Below are positions 1 to 11,822 of a stretch of DNA of 64,000 bases, piece by piece (within the stretch, counting starts at the first letter, position 1; every line of letters starts with the position of its first letter). Position numbers and translations under genes: made by a program. Source of the DNA: Leidyana gryllorum EB-2025a (taxonomy: Eukaryota > Protista > Apicomplexa). The stretch spans positions 186,001-250,000 of the forward strand of contig JBLWGC010000208.1 in assembly GCA_048772705.1 (NCBI GenBank). Direction: 5' to 3'. The notes beneath the pieces are model-generated. The model did not search any database, was not told the DNA's origin, and worked only from the letters and a program-made list of their open reading frames with translations.

Positions 1-793
1 GGGTGTTTCTGATGCTTTGAACGGATTGCTTGGTGCAGGCTGGGGTACAAAAGTGACAGTATCACCGAGCATACCACTCTGAGATCCCATCATAAATGAG
101 GGTCCCGCCATGAAAGTAAATCTTTCCTCCTCGTCAGCAGCAGTCTTGTTACGCTCAAGTTGGTCCTCTGCCACTTTAGCTGAGAACTCAACTGATCGGG
201 GAGAGACGCCGCCGCCTCGATGGGTGGAAGCTGCGGTGGTTGTCGTGCGGGCCAAAGTCTGTTGAGAAGCGAGTCTCAGGGCCGTCGCCGATACTCCGCC
301 TCCCGTCGTCGACTGGGGTTGCTGGACGGCCGCAGGCGTCTCTCTGAGAGTGCGAGCGGCATCAGCGTTCCCAGGATCTCTTTTCGAGGCAGTGTTCTTA
401 GCCCCAGACCGATCTTTGGTGGGTGGACGTGGCGAACTTGAGGAGGTCGACCACGACTCAGATTGACGGTTAGGTCCCTGAGTGCCAGCGCCTATCCATG
501 GAATGAACCTGCAATGAGAGATACTTCCACCAAATCGGGGAGCAATCGGCTGCTAACTCGGTGGCTCGAGTTTCCACTGTACTGACAGACGTGGTATGAG
601 CCTTACGGGTCACCTCGGCTTCTTGAAGCAGACTACCTTTTTCCACCTTGACAGCTGCTTCGCTTTCATCAGACTCGTCTGTTGGTACTCGTCTGCAACA
701 TCGAAACCGAGATTTTGTCCGTTCTTTGTTGGCTCTGTCCTTCTTGTTACGCTGGGAAGGGTGGGACCCACCTGACACGTCTTTCTGAGTCAT
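1..793 (-). CDS. Partial hypothetical protein, probably spliced, running off the left edge
   Basis: ATG at 793 (MTQKDVSGG...). A GTAAGG donor lies near 606. An open minus-strand frame over about 1-300 reads ...SVEFSAKVAEDQLERNKTAADEEERFTF... Exon structure uncertain. Confidence 0.5.
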
Positions 794-810
794 CTACTGA
801 AAATTTGATC

Positions 811-2046
811 ATGCGTACTCTTCTTCCTTTGTGTTACTTGGCCCTGCTGGCCGCTGGACACCCCCGCGAACTACTCGAGGTGACTGATGCCGTCCCGAGC
901 TCTGAGGCCGCTGTCACCATTGAGGAATTCGATACTCAAACTGACTGTGCTAACATCCTTGTCAGCGATGACGAAAACCAAGACATTGAGTTCAAACCTA
1001 ACCATCATCATCATCACCACCATCACGCTCGCCACCACCACCACCATCCCCCGCCACCGCCCCCTCTGGTGTTCCTGAACATTCCTAAGGGGATGGCAAG
1101 CGATGCTCAGGACCTTCCCCCAATTCCGGTGATGATCGATGTCGCTCATCTCGACGTCTTCATTGATAACCACCCTAAGGTCGGCATCTTCCCGCCCAGG
1201 CGGCCTGGCAATCTCCGCCGATCTCCCTTCGCACCTCCGCTCAGCGAAGACCAGTTCCGTGTTCTGGGCATGTTCAACGCCAAAAGCTTTTTCCTTCCAT
1301 CACTTGACAAGGCCGAGCAGCCTCAGGAGGGCTGCCAGGGCTTACATGGATCTGACTCGGGTTGCTCTTCTCACTCTGCTGACAATGAGGCCGAGAAAGT
1401 CAATGACAGCGCCGCCAAGAATAACGTCGAGGAGGAGACACCCTCGGCCCCCGAGAGACAAATGAGGGCCAGTCACCATCACTCCTCCTCCAATCACTCG
1501 CATCACTCAGCTGATGGCTCGAGCAGTCACCACAGTATGAGTGGCTCCGAAGGGGGAGACGGCGAGGAGGGGATGATGAAGGCCCACCAGAACTACAATA
1601 TGGGGCACAGCCGGATGCACCGGGATCATCATCAGCACCACCATGGCAACAGTACTGAGACTGTAGCCCCTATGCACTGTGGAAAGGAATGTTCCATGCA
1701 CAAGGAGGGAGGCTGCGAGAAGTGTGCTATGCACGAGAAGATAAAGGGCGGGATGGAAATTGTTGCCGACGACATGGGATCGGAACATCATCACCCACAC
1801 CAATCCAAGCATGAAAAGGAGAACAAAATGATGCAGCCCCAAATGGGCGACAAGAAGAACGATCTGCACAATCTGCCCGGTATCGCTATTCCCCCTCTCA
1901 TCTCTCTCGGAGACAACCCTTTGGTGGTTTCTGACTCCCATTTGGACAAGACGGAGCCCTCTCATCATCACCACCACCATCATCACGGCCGCAAGTTGGA
2001 AGAGGTGGCTGGAACTATCAGTGGGCCTTTGAAGAGACCCGAGTAA
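811..2046 (+). CDS. Secreted His-rich low-complexity protein
   Basis: ATG 811 begins a signal peptide (MRTLLPLCYLALLAAG). Poly-His and poly-Pro tracts and a Cys/His cluster (MHCGKECSMHKEGGCEKCAMHEK). Intronless ORF. Confidence 0.8.
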   Translation: MRTLLPLCYLALLAAGHPRELLEVTDAVPSSEAAVTIEEFDTQTDCANILVSDDENQDIEFKPNHHHHHHHHARHHHHHPPPPPPLVFLNIPKGMASDAQDLPPIPVMIDVAHLDVFIDNHPKVGIFPPRRPGNLRRSPFAPPLSEDQFRVLGMFNAKSFFLPSLDKAEQPQEGCQGLHGSDSGCSSHSADNEAEKVNDSAAKNNVEEETPSAPERQMRASHHHSSSNHSHHSADGSSSHHSMSGSEGGDGEEGMMKAHQNYNMGHSRMHRDHHQHHHGNSTETVAPMHCGKECSMHKEGGCEKCAMHEKIKGGMEIVADDMGSEHHHPHQSKHEKENKMMQPQMGDKKNDLHNLPGIAIPPLISLGDNPLVVSDSHLDKTEPSHHHHHHHHGRKLEEVAGTISGPLKRPE

Positions 2047-2304
2047 ATTGCCTGTTCTGAGCTTTTCGTCTAATCGCATAGGATCGACCCGCCCCCCCGA
2101 TGGTTTCAACTTGTTCTCTCTTTTTTGAGTGCAGCCTTGTTGTACAGCTTTGATAGAGTTGAGCAGCAGAACGCTCGCTGTGGACATCGGTCCGTCCTCC
2201 CTCTGCTTTGCCTGTGCCGTCTTGTCAGCGATACTGCATTTGTAATGTGTTTGGTGTTGTGAGTTGCGAAATTTGCAGGGAGGGCTAGGACACAAGAAAG
2301 GGAA

Positions 2305-2533
2305 ATGGAGCCCACAGTATTACAGATCCAACCCGTAAGTGCTCGTTGGTGTGGTGGTGTGCGGAGAATGGATGGGATTGAGTTGCTGTCGTCGTCCTCA
2401 GGTTCAAATGAGCATGTTGCTCTTTCTGGGCGCGTTCATAGCTGCTTTGGTGATAGCGGTGATGTGCACAGCTGCAATCACGACCCCGAGTCTCTACTTG
2501 GAAAAACCAGTGCCAATCAATAAGGAATTCTGA
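2305..2533 (+). CDS. 53-aa single-TM microprotein resembling the V-ATPase Ac45/Voa1 C-terminal TM segment (exons 2305-2334, 2402-2533)
   Basis: A phase-0 GTAAGT...CAG intron (2335-2401) gives MEPTVLQIQPVQMSMLLFLGAFIAALVIAVMCTAAITTPSLYLEKPVPINKEF. The TM helix followed by I-x-TP...K-P...KEF resembles protist Ac45/Voa1 tails (from memory). Confidence 0.6.
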
Positions 2534-2805
2534 GTGTTTTCTGGCGGCGATAGGCAGCTTAGTGTGGCGTGGTGGACTACTACTCTAGAGACACGCAGAC
2601 CCACCTCCTGACCGCCCTGCTACCCCTTAATGCTACCTGACTCTCTGTTACTGTTCACCATTTGAAGTGAACTTCCTCTCATCACTAAGACCAACGAAGT
2701 AACGCAGTTGGCTGCACTGTGTTTCTGTGTCTGTGCAACATATCTGCCTTTGTGTACTCCGAATTACCTCTAGTTGATCCGCCTGTTAGATTGTGATTTC
2801 AACCA

Positions 2806-4835
2806 ATGGCCTACAGTCCGATGTGGCGCCGAGCCCCTTGTTCGTCCAGTGGGGCGTCTCACTTTCCGAAAGGCTTGACTAGCAGAGATGATCGGTACAG
2901 CGACGACGAATGCAGTCTTGCGCGTCAAATTCCACCCGATATTCTGATGTGCGGTTCTCCCAAGATCTCTCCGCGCCATTTGTCGCCCAGTATGGCCTTG
3001 AAACCGATAAGCTGTGGCACACCCAAGACGCCTTCACGTTGCCCCACACGCGACAACAGTTACTTCTCATCCGAAGACGAGGAATACGATGATGATCAAG
3101 ACAGCGTGACACAAGAATTAGTTATCTCCAAATCCTACCGAGCGAGCCTTTCGTCCACAAGACCATTCTATTCGGGCAGTGACCAAGACTACGACGAATA
3201 CTGTTCAGACCGGCCTTCATGGTCTGAAGCTCGCGACAATTCGTCTTATATGCGCCATTACTTCGCCGCATCGCCACTTGAGCCAGAGCGATTCACACAG
3301 CAGGTCACCATAGGTGAGTGGGTAAGTTTTACCAAGCACGAGGCCTGGTCGCAGCCCCGGCATTACACGGTGATGTCAAGATAGTTTACGACACTCTCCA
3401 CCGACGGCGAGTGGCCATGAAGGTGATTGATCGTGCGGCTGTATTTGAGCGAAAGGGGAAACTCGAAGATCCGTATCTCGAGATCTGTGTCTGCAATTAC
3501 CTGAGGAGTGGAAGACTCACCACACAACCACTCTTTCTCGCCCAAACCCTCGGTGTCTACAAAGATGAGCAACACTATTATCTGGTACAAGAACACTGTG
3601 CAGGCGGAGAACTGTACGACCTGATTTGCCGCAAAAAGACCCTTTCCGAGGCGAGAGTGAAGCTAATCGCCTTGCAATTGGTTTTCGCGTTGATGACACT
3701 CCACAGGAACGGCATTTGTCACCGAGACGTGTCTCTGGAAAATGTTCTTCTCACGGTAAACACATCCACAACCGGGTGACAATATCCACTCTGCCTCACA
3801 GGACGATGGCTCGGTGCGACTGATTGACTTTGGCCAGGCAGTTTGCCACTCTGATTCCGCCACGAAGCAGCAAAAACTGCTCATGGGATTAGCTGGAAAG
3901 GCATACTACCGCGCACCTGAGGTACCTCGCTCCCACCGCCGTGCTTTGTTCCTGACGCCTCGTGGTATGAACGAGACAGCGTAACTGGATCGATCGATCA
4001 ATAATACTCCCATTCTCTTATCATCAATAATCGATTGTGTGTGTGTGTGTGTGGCTTTGTTGCCCTCATTGATTGTGTCTTTGTGTGTGTACGCCCTCCC
4101 GACTTAATACTTTGTCTTTTGCCTTCCCAGGTGTATATTGGCGCATATTTCGGGCCCTCCGTGGATGTCTTCGCATTAGGGGTTCTGATCTTTATACTTA
4201 TAACCGGGCAACCACCCTGGCAAAGCGCAAGCCGTAGTGATGAACGGTTTGCGATGATCAGCTCGTCCGCACAAGGGCTCAGTAGAGCTTTCGGACACTG
4301 GAAATGGCGCAGGCCCTCACCCTCCCTGGAAGATTTGTTGAGCTCAATCTTTTATCGGCCCGCAGCTGTGCGACCCACGCTTGAGGATTTGTTACTGCAT
4401 CCATGGTTTGTCGAAGACCTCAGACCGTGGCACGAGTGTGAGCGGCAGTATCCGGATTCAGAGCTGATAAAAGCAAAGATGAAGTTGGCACAGGAGAAAC
4501 TGCGATTGCGTAAAAACCGCTCTCTGAAAGTGGGACCTATTGGGAAACAAAGTACTCTGTCTCCGCCCACGGACATAACATGCAGGGTCAAGAGCCGAAG
4601 CACATTTGGGGCGAGCAGCGGGTCGCGGCAGCAAGCCCGGCCGTGTTACTGCCTCCAAATACAGCAGGGGCAGCTGTCGTGTTCTAGCAGTACAGAGTCT
4701 ACCAAGGAACGGAGCGGCGAAACTTTGGGGTCGGTTTCTCATGGCAGGTCGATGGTCTCGGTTGGAAAGAGGGATTATAGCCGCAAAGTCGGCGACCCTC
4801 TCCCGCTGAAGGCCCGACCCGCCCTTAATTCTTAG
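2806..4835 (+). CDS. Ser/Thr protein kinase (CAMK-like), 4 exons; introns 3314-3354, 3756-3801, 3922-4130
   Basis: Spliced product contains VAMK, HRDVSLEN, LIDFG, GKAYYRAPE, DVFALG and LLHPWF. All three introns are GT-AG and preserve phase. Confidence 0.9.
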
Positions 4836-5155
4836 TATCTCGGCTCAATGACGGGACTGATTGCAAGACTTTGAGTGACTCTCCTTTGACTTATACGTAT
4901 CTACTCTTTCAACCCAGCAGCCTACCTGTACACTCTTAATGTTGAAAGGATCTCTCACTCCTCCTATTCTTTTGTCAATGCTGCTTGCATTGTTTCCCCG
5001 CCTGCCTGCTGCCCGTTGTCCTCGTGCTTGGTATACTCTCTCTGTGTGGAAGAGATTTGATCCATGAGACTGTCTCATCCTATGTAACGGTAGGTAGCGG
5101 TGGTTGCTATGCATTGGTCCGTTTTCTCTTTATTCTGGCAGCTTCGGTGCCGAAG

Positions 5156-7093
5156 TCAGCCTGACTCACGATCGCTGCGAGCGGCGAGCCATTTCTTCGA
5201 AAGCTCTTCATAGTAGCCATCGCTACGATCGCTCGAGCTGGTCAATCTCAAGGAGTCGAACAGGAGTCTCAGGAACACTTCCAGCGCCATTCTCCCTGCT
5301 TCTGTCTTTTGTGCTTGTATCCTGACCTCTTGCGAATTTCCAGCGTTCCCCAATTCTTCGGCTACCCTGCGACCCTCCTGTGTGGTTTGCGCGCGTCCAA
5401 GCGCTCCCCATATCTCACGCCACTCCGGACGACCCGGAGTGCACAGAACGGCTTCCCATCGAGGCAGGAATGCTTCGAGAGCCGAGCCGTTGATGGCCAG
5501 CGAGTGTCCCCGAGAGCCATACAATTCCTGTATCCAGTCTGTGTCTGAGAGCCAAGGCCCCTCAGTTTTATCGGCCATGGCCAGATCGGATGCAAGCTTG
5601 GACAGGAAGCTCCATCGACTAAATACGGCTCTTTCGAACGGATCGCTGCGACCCCAAGTCACTTGTTTCAAACACGGACATTGCCCATCACTTTCTCCAT
5701 CCCTCAAGAAGAAGTCCTTCAAGATTGTATCAATATCTGCATATACAACGCCGATGTTAGTTGCCCGTCACCAGACACTTACCAGGTCTCCGCGAGGCAT
5801 CCGGCTGCAACATCTCTCGAATCACCATTTCCCACTTTTCATCCAAGTAACAGGGAATGTCTAAATCCAAGAACTCCGCTCGGGCGAAGCACAAAAACTC
5901 GGACGGTGCTGCAAACGGCGGCCCCCCTGTATACATGGTACTTTAGTATTTGTCAAAGTGAGGACCTACCCGTGATCAATTGGTATATCGTGCAACCCAG
6001 GCTCCAAATGTCGGACGCCCTCTCTACTTTGTCAGAATTGGCTCGGCTTTCTGGTGACATGAAGTTCGGCGTTCCAACAAAGTACTTGAAAGCACTGCTC
6101 CCTTTATCCTTACGGCCACACCTGGAACGACACAGGCCTTTAAATCCACACACCCCCGTCTCCCCCTCCCCTCTTACTGTCCTGCTGCAGCTGGTGTCCG
6201 AGCCGCTGCGCGCCCGTTCCCTGCGAGAGTGTCTCTGTTCAACGTGAGGTCCATGGCGGTTCCAAAGTCCACAAACTTGAGAACTTGTCTCGACTTGTTG
6301 AATACCAGATTTTCGCACTTGAGATCTCGATGGACGATACCCCGATGATGAAGTGATCGGAGTCCAACATAAATCTGCCCTAAACACCATCTCAGCATAT
6401 GTTCCTCGCGGACGCCCAGTCCTCGAGCACATTCCCACAATTCGTCACCGCTGTGAATGCCATATCATTATTCCGTCGTCGTCAGTGCGAGGAACTTACT
6501 CGCACAGCTCACTGACAAAGTAAACTTCATGAGCATTCTTGAAGGTGTGGTACAGCTTGACAATATGATTGGTGCCATGATCCTCGTCGGCTGCAATCAG
6601 TTCAAGATCACTCGGAACATCCTCAATGCTGAGGCTTTCGCTCGCTCTGAAGGCCAACCGTGTAGAATCACGATAAGCGGTGGGGTTGATTTTGAGCAGA
6701 CAGTGTTTTTCCATTAACAATTCCTTCGCTTTGCCCATCTTCTTCACTTTCTCCTGCACAGGACAAAGCACACATGTGCTCCAGCACCCGAGAACAACAG
6801 GAGAGCACTCATCATCATCATTAAACACACAAACGACCCCCTCCCAACGTACCAGATCGACCACTTTCATGGCATACTCTGTCGGGTCGCCGGGCAGTAG
6901 CACTACATAGACCTTGGAGAAGTTCCCTTCGCCTACGAGCCTTTCGATGTTGACATCTTCTATATTGAGCTGATGAAGAGAGCTGTGATCCGAGCAGCAG
7001 AGGCCCCGACAGTACCTTGCGGTCTTTGACCAAATCCGCTTCAAGATGGCGCGGGGGAATCAGCGGTCCTTGTAGCAGAAATCCCTTGCGCAT
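5156..7093 (-). CDS. AGC-family Ser/Thr kinase, PDK1-like, multi-exon (first intron 6970-7015)
   Basis: GEGNFSKV, YAMK, LLMEKHCL, HRDLKCEN, DFGTA, FVGTPNFMSPE and SDIWSLG are spread over several minus-strand ORFs linked by short introns. Confidence 0.85.
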
Positions 7094-7114
7094 CCTTTTT
7101 TCGGGGCGAAAGAG

Positions 7115-7481
7115 ATGGTCAAGGTGAAGCTCTTTGGCGGCCTGGAGCTGCTAACAAAGTCAGGGGACAGAGAGTATGATTTGAACGTCGAGGACGGGTC
7201 TTCTCTGCGTCAGGTACTCTGGAATTTCCTGCACGAAAAGGTTCAGCCCCACCAACTAAGTCACTTTGTGGACAATCCTTTCGGTGAGACAAATTCGGCA
7301 GGGGTGTACAATGAATGGTGCAGACTCTGAGGTCTCGACATATACCCTCAAGTCAGGCCTTTTAGTGCTGCTGAACGAGGTCGACTCTGAGGTTCTGCTC
7401 GAAGAGGGCCAATCAGTCCTAGACCTCGCCCTCAAAGGTCCTGATGTAGTTACTTTGATCACCACATTGCATGGAGGCTGA
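7115..7481 (+). CDS. URM1: Ubiquitin-related modifier 1 (intron 7284-7323)
   Basis: N-terminal FGGLELL, then GLLVLLNEVD, and C-terminal ITTLHGG-stop. A phase-1 40-nt GT-AG intron joins the two track ORFs. Confidence 0.92.
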
Positions 7482-7504
7482 TAGCACCAGAAAAAAGACA
7501 TACT

Positions 7505-9188
7505 ATGACACCTCATCTAGCTCACCTTTTCCCTCAATACTGGCTTGAAAGTCAAATACTCCCTCAGGGTTATGACATTGTCGCCAATGTCGATAGTCCT
7601 TATCCGCCTTCTACACTCAGACCCGAAAGTTCCGTACCCAAAGCTTCCTTCCGGCCATTTGCGGCCCTAAGGCAACCGCATTTGTATGCCTCCCCACAAG
7701 CAGTAAGCGCGTGGCCTGCTGGAACCTCACCACCCCCCCCCCCTCTAAAGCAAGGGTATGCACGAGCTTACGTCAATATCACAAGAGGCGTCGCGGAGGT
7801 CTATCAGCGAGAGGAGGACATTAGTGGCGCTATGTCGCCCGCTCCGAGTCCAGCGGGAGCTGCCAGCAGCCCAGATGTATCAACGTCTCCCGCATCCACT
7901 CCGACCCCCCCTTTCTACCCTCTCTGTAAGCAACACTATGAGACTGATCTGACGGTGACGGGTGCAGTCAGAGTCTTCCTAAACGACAAGGCTGTCTATC
8001 AAACGCGAGTTATTAATCCCGAGAGAGCCGTTGGTGGCCTCACTGCAGTTACTACGGCTGTTACTCCGATCAGTACCGTCAAAGGATTCTCCACTAACAA
8101 GAGCGACGGAGTCAGAACCGACACGGCCTCCTCCACTCAGGCCGGATCCCCAACCGCCGGTGGCCAAGCACTGCCGATCCCCGACTTAAACTTAATATCA
8201 GTCCACGACTTGGTGTGGGATGAAGAAGTGCAATTATGGCTCCACTCCCCAGCCAGTATCATCACCCTCCAACTCTTTGAGAAGGATTATTATGTGGAGT
8301 CGGAACTGAGTGAAGATCTCCTCACGTCTATTTCTATTCCCTTGGCGGCTCTATCGCCAGGCAAACCGATAGATCTGGGGTGAGTTGCTAAAGTTGACCA
8401 CATATATTGCCCGGCCCCTTCTCACAGTCTGAATGTCTTTTGCACTCTGCCGCAGTCCTACAGTCTCGAGTCCTTGACAACCAGAGCGGAGCGCCTGGCT
8501 TTGTATGGCGACGAGCCGGACAACGCCTTCAGCCCCACCCTCTGCCCCCCAAGCGCGATTGTCTGCCGAATTCATGTCAGCGTCCTCATCGAGACCACCA
8601 GAGGTCTAGGACGCCACTTATCCGAGCTGGCAGCTCTCAGTTTACCGGATGGGAAGTGGACTCCGTCGGTGATCACTACTGCTCTGACACAAACGGATCA
8701 AACGCAGCTGCTGGCGCACACCGAGTTGTTGGCAATGGATCCGCGTGACCGGCCAGTATCAGCGTTTGCGCTGATCAAAGCGCTATTCACACTCCTGTCG
8801 GCACTCTTGAGCGTGGATCGACAGTCGGATGAACGTGAGATTTTTCGGTTCATTCAAGAGTTTGATGTTCGATATCCTCGAATGCTGGAAGATGCCTTAA
8901 TATTATCAGAGTACCTTGTAACGGGGTAAGATAACGGCCCGCGATCGATGTATTGATCATTTCTGCTCGCTCGGCCGCAGACCTTTAGAGAAGATGCAAG
9001 CCGCGCCAAAGAAGAGTGTGCGCGGCCCCACTGGGCCTATAGGTGCATTGCTGGCCGGCATCATCATCTTAACAGTTTTTGTTTTCAACACACATCTCGC
9101 GCCGGCAGCCTGTTTTCTTACGATCGTAGGTTCCCGGTCGCGGTCTTTCTCATTCCAAGGTGCTTCTAGGCCTACGGCTTCCATGTAG
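7505..9188 (+). CDS. C2-domain protein with a downstream hydrophobic segment, multi-exon; 3' end uncertain (may extend to about 9850)
   Basis: C2-like stretch WDEEVQLWLHSPASIITLQLFEKD...DLLTSISIPLAALSPG. Donors near 8379 and 8926. TM-like GALLAGIIILTVFVF. Confidence 0.6.
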
Positions 9189-9899
9189 CGCGTCATGTGC
9201 ATATCCCACGGGCGCCGAGCACCAGTCGCACAAGCTCAATAACACCGATGCTCGCCGCTTTAAAGGGAGCTGAAATGTTCACCACGCCGTTGCAGTCGGC
9301 ATTAATGAAGCCGACTTGTGTCCGGAGATTGCGGGTTTTGGAAGTAAGGTGGATTGTCTGAAAGGCCGGCAAATAATTGTGTGTGCGCGTCCCCGCAGTT
9401 GTGGCTGAGCGTGCTGCGGCAACGGGTGGTGGAGCATCCGAATAGCAAGACGGAGTACAGCGTCTTGAGATCGTGTTTGACAGTAAGATCGGAGTGCATG
9501 GCGAAATGTAAAATTTGGGTCATCTTAGTTTGGAAGAAAGCCAACTACCTTGGTGCCGTTTGTGATTTTGTGCGTCTGCCATCAGGCGAGAGGTTTATTC
9601 TGGCCATTGATTGGTTTACTACGTAAGTGGCAGTTGCGATTGCGGGGATCGTTGAAATATGTTTGTAGTTACCGCTATTGTTCTGCGACAAACCCAAGGT
9701 ATAACCGCCACTCGCGGTCTGGTGAGAGGGGCATACCGGTACCATAAGCTGCTTCGAGTTCGGAAAGCAGCGCAGGCCTTACAGCAGGAAGGGAATAGTG
9801 CTCCATCGGCGAGCAAGCGAGGAGATTCGATGAAAAGAACTGAGTGAAGTGCTGTTCTCAGAGAGTTTCCCTTCCACGCCGAAGAAGAGCACAAGATTA

Positions 9900-10283
9900 A
9901 TGTCGGAAATAGGTGATGAGAGGTTGGTGCTAAAAAAGTGCCCATCGTGTCAAAAGTCGAGTCTGATTTTGACACTCCGAGCACTTTGGAAGAGTTATTT
10001 TGGGGAGGATGACGACGAGCTCTGTGATTTCGAAGGGGAATGCGTCGCAGTGGTCGACACGGCTACTGTAAACTGTCGCACATGCCGCAACATCGATCGC
10101 AAATTGGGTGCATACCGCTACAGTCTGCTGATGAGTATGTCGGCCCCTCACGCTTTCAGAGGTTATGCGGCCCAAAGGCCAAAGCGACGATTCAGTTGGG
10201 TGCGGTGTGCTGAGATATACACGGGGATTAAGAACACGTTTGGTGGTATTAATCCCTGGTTGTATGCCGCCACCTTTTTATAG
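9900..10283 (+). CDS. Small protein resembling an RPA1 C-terminal OB fold with zinc ribbon
   Basis: CPSC...CRTC followed by YRYSLLMSM matches the CxxC..CxxC..YRY-x-L pattern of RPA70-C-type OB folds. Confidence 0.45.
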   Translation: MSEIGDERLVLKKCPSCQKSSLILTLRALWKSYFGEDDDELCDFEGECVAVVDTATVNCRTCRNIDRKLGAYRYSLLMSMSAPHAFRGYAAQRPKRRFSWVRCAEIYTGIKNTFGGINPWLYAATFL

Positions 10284-11068
10284 CCGTATTTACCCAAAGC
10301 ACAAAAATAGTACAGACAATGGAGTAAAGCGGAGGAATGGATGAGCGTGTGTGTGCATTTGCATTGTGAGTCTGAACGATATATATAAAGAGGGCTCGTG
10401 CATTGCTCCAAAGATGCACAAGAAGCCTGATGAGAACAATACGGGGATGATGAGCGCAACGCGCACGGTTCGAACGCTAGAAAATCTGCTCACCACAACC
10501 CTCGGCTACCCCGACAAATCATTTGTAGCACGACGGCAACCTAGCGAGTGCCGGTGTAGCTGCCCAACCTGCTTGATCCGAATAATAATTGCATCCGCAC
10601 ACACAACGCGTCTGATGTGCGCTCACAGACGGCCGGAATGCAGCAGCGCTATTCACGCGCAGCATTCCGAGAACGAGGCGGCGAGCGAATGGAAATTGAG
10701 ATCATTACATATAGATATGAGAAGCAAAACTGACTCATTCTACCCTTTGCCCAGGTCAATCGAGCTTTCGCCACATAGCCTCAAACCCCCACAAAAAGTG
10801 GTATTCGGTCGTCCATCCATGGCTGAAAGGCCGAATCGAAAGGAGTGAGGTGCGGAAAGAGACATCGATGTTGCTTGTCATGTCAAGTAGAAATGAGTGG
10901 CTTGGAGGCAATAATATACGCCATGTGGTAATTCACTTATTCGGCACCACTAAATGGCGATCTTCAATATTCATCACTTATCCGGCATCCAGCACGAGCA
11001 AGCGGGTGTGATATAATTATTTTGCCATGCCGAGCAGTTGACTCTATCTCTTGAGAGTCACTGTCTCC

Positions 11069-11105
11069 GTGTGTGTGTGTGTGTGTGTGTGTGAATGTGT
11101 GTGTG
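11069..11105. repeat. (TG)n microsatellite
   Basis: Direct TG run with one interruption. A shorter TG run lies at about 4036-4052 inside a kinase intron. Confidence 0.9.
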
Positions 11106-11822
11106 ATATGGATGTCAGCAGGGAGCAAGAAATGTCGAAATACATGCGCCGGGAATCTTGGTATCACCGTATTTGGGTGACGTCCAATAGCGAGTTCGGA
11201 GTGTGCATATATACACAGTTTGGGAAATTGTGACCAATGTTCTAGTCCGATATCTCCGACTTCCTGTGTCCCGAGGTAGAGAGATACCTTCGCGTACGTT
11301 AACAACAAAACGCAACCGCCGTGGCAGGCGGTTCAGTAGTGTCACTGCCTCGAAACGAGTCTGCTTCCTCCACCAAAATGTTGCAGAGACATAGATCTCA
11401 GCGTGGTCTTGAAAGCTATCTGACGGTGGAAGTGTGATCTGGGCTGGGCGGTGCGAGAGAAAGACACGCAGAGAGAATTGGGTCTGCCTTTTTGAACCAA
11501 AATTCGTTTCGAGCTCTCCCCCCAAAGCCGCCAGCAGCGCAGATCATAGAACACAATATATGTAAGAGAGTGTGTACTTTGTCAGGGTGTAAATATTCGC
11601 CTCCAAACTCTACATCGTGATTGTACAAAAGCTTCTGGAAGAACGCGGTGATCCTTTGCGCTCTGAGTATTACGTACAGCAACGCGAGTGTATAATGACA
11701 TAGAGTGCATAGTTATCAAATGTGAAGGCGCTCGCAGGCCGGCGAGAGAAAGACGGTGATCCCATAAGCGGCTCTTAGGAGACAGAGAGGGATGTAGGAA
11801 AAATGTCCGGCACCGCACATCT

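Noticed and set aside
1507-2295. Hydrophobic Met/Val-rich antisense ORFs opposite His-rich genes (also 26406-26884)
   Set aside because: They are the reverse complement of CAT/CAC runs, so shadow ORFs.
7115-7481. Apparent frameshifts in URM1, kinases, LOG, cathepsin and SNU13 as pseudogenes or programmed frameshifts
   Set aside because: Those checked base by base (URM1, both kinases, cathepsin) are resolved by phase-consistent short GT-AG introns, and LOG and SNU13 show donor/acceptor sites at their breaks.
10290-11820. Possible multi-exon minus-strand gene
   Set aside because: Several short ORFs are present, but I could not build a coherent model or recognise a motif, so it is left unannotated.
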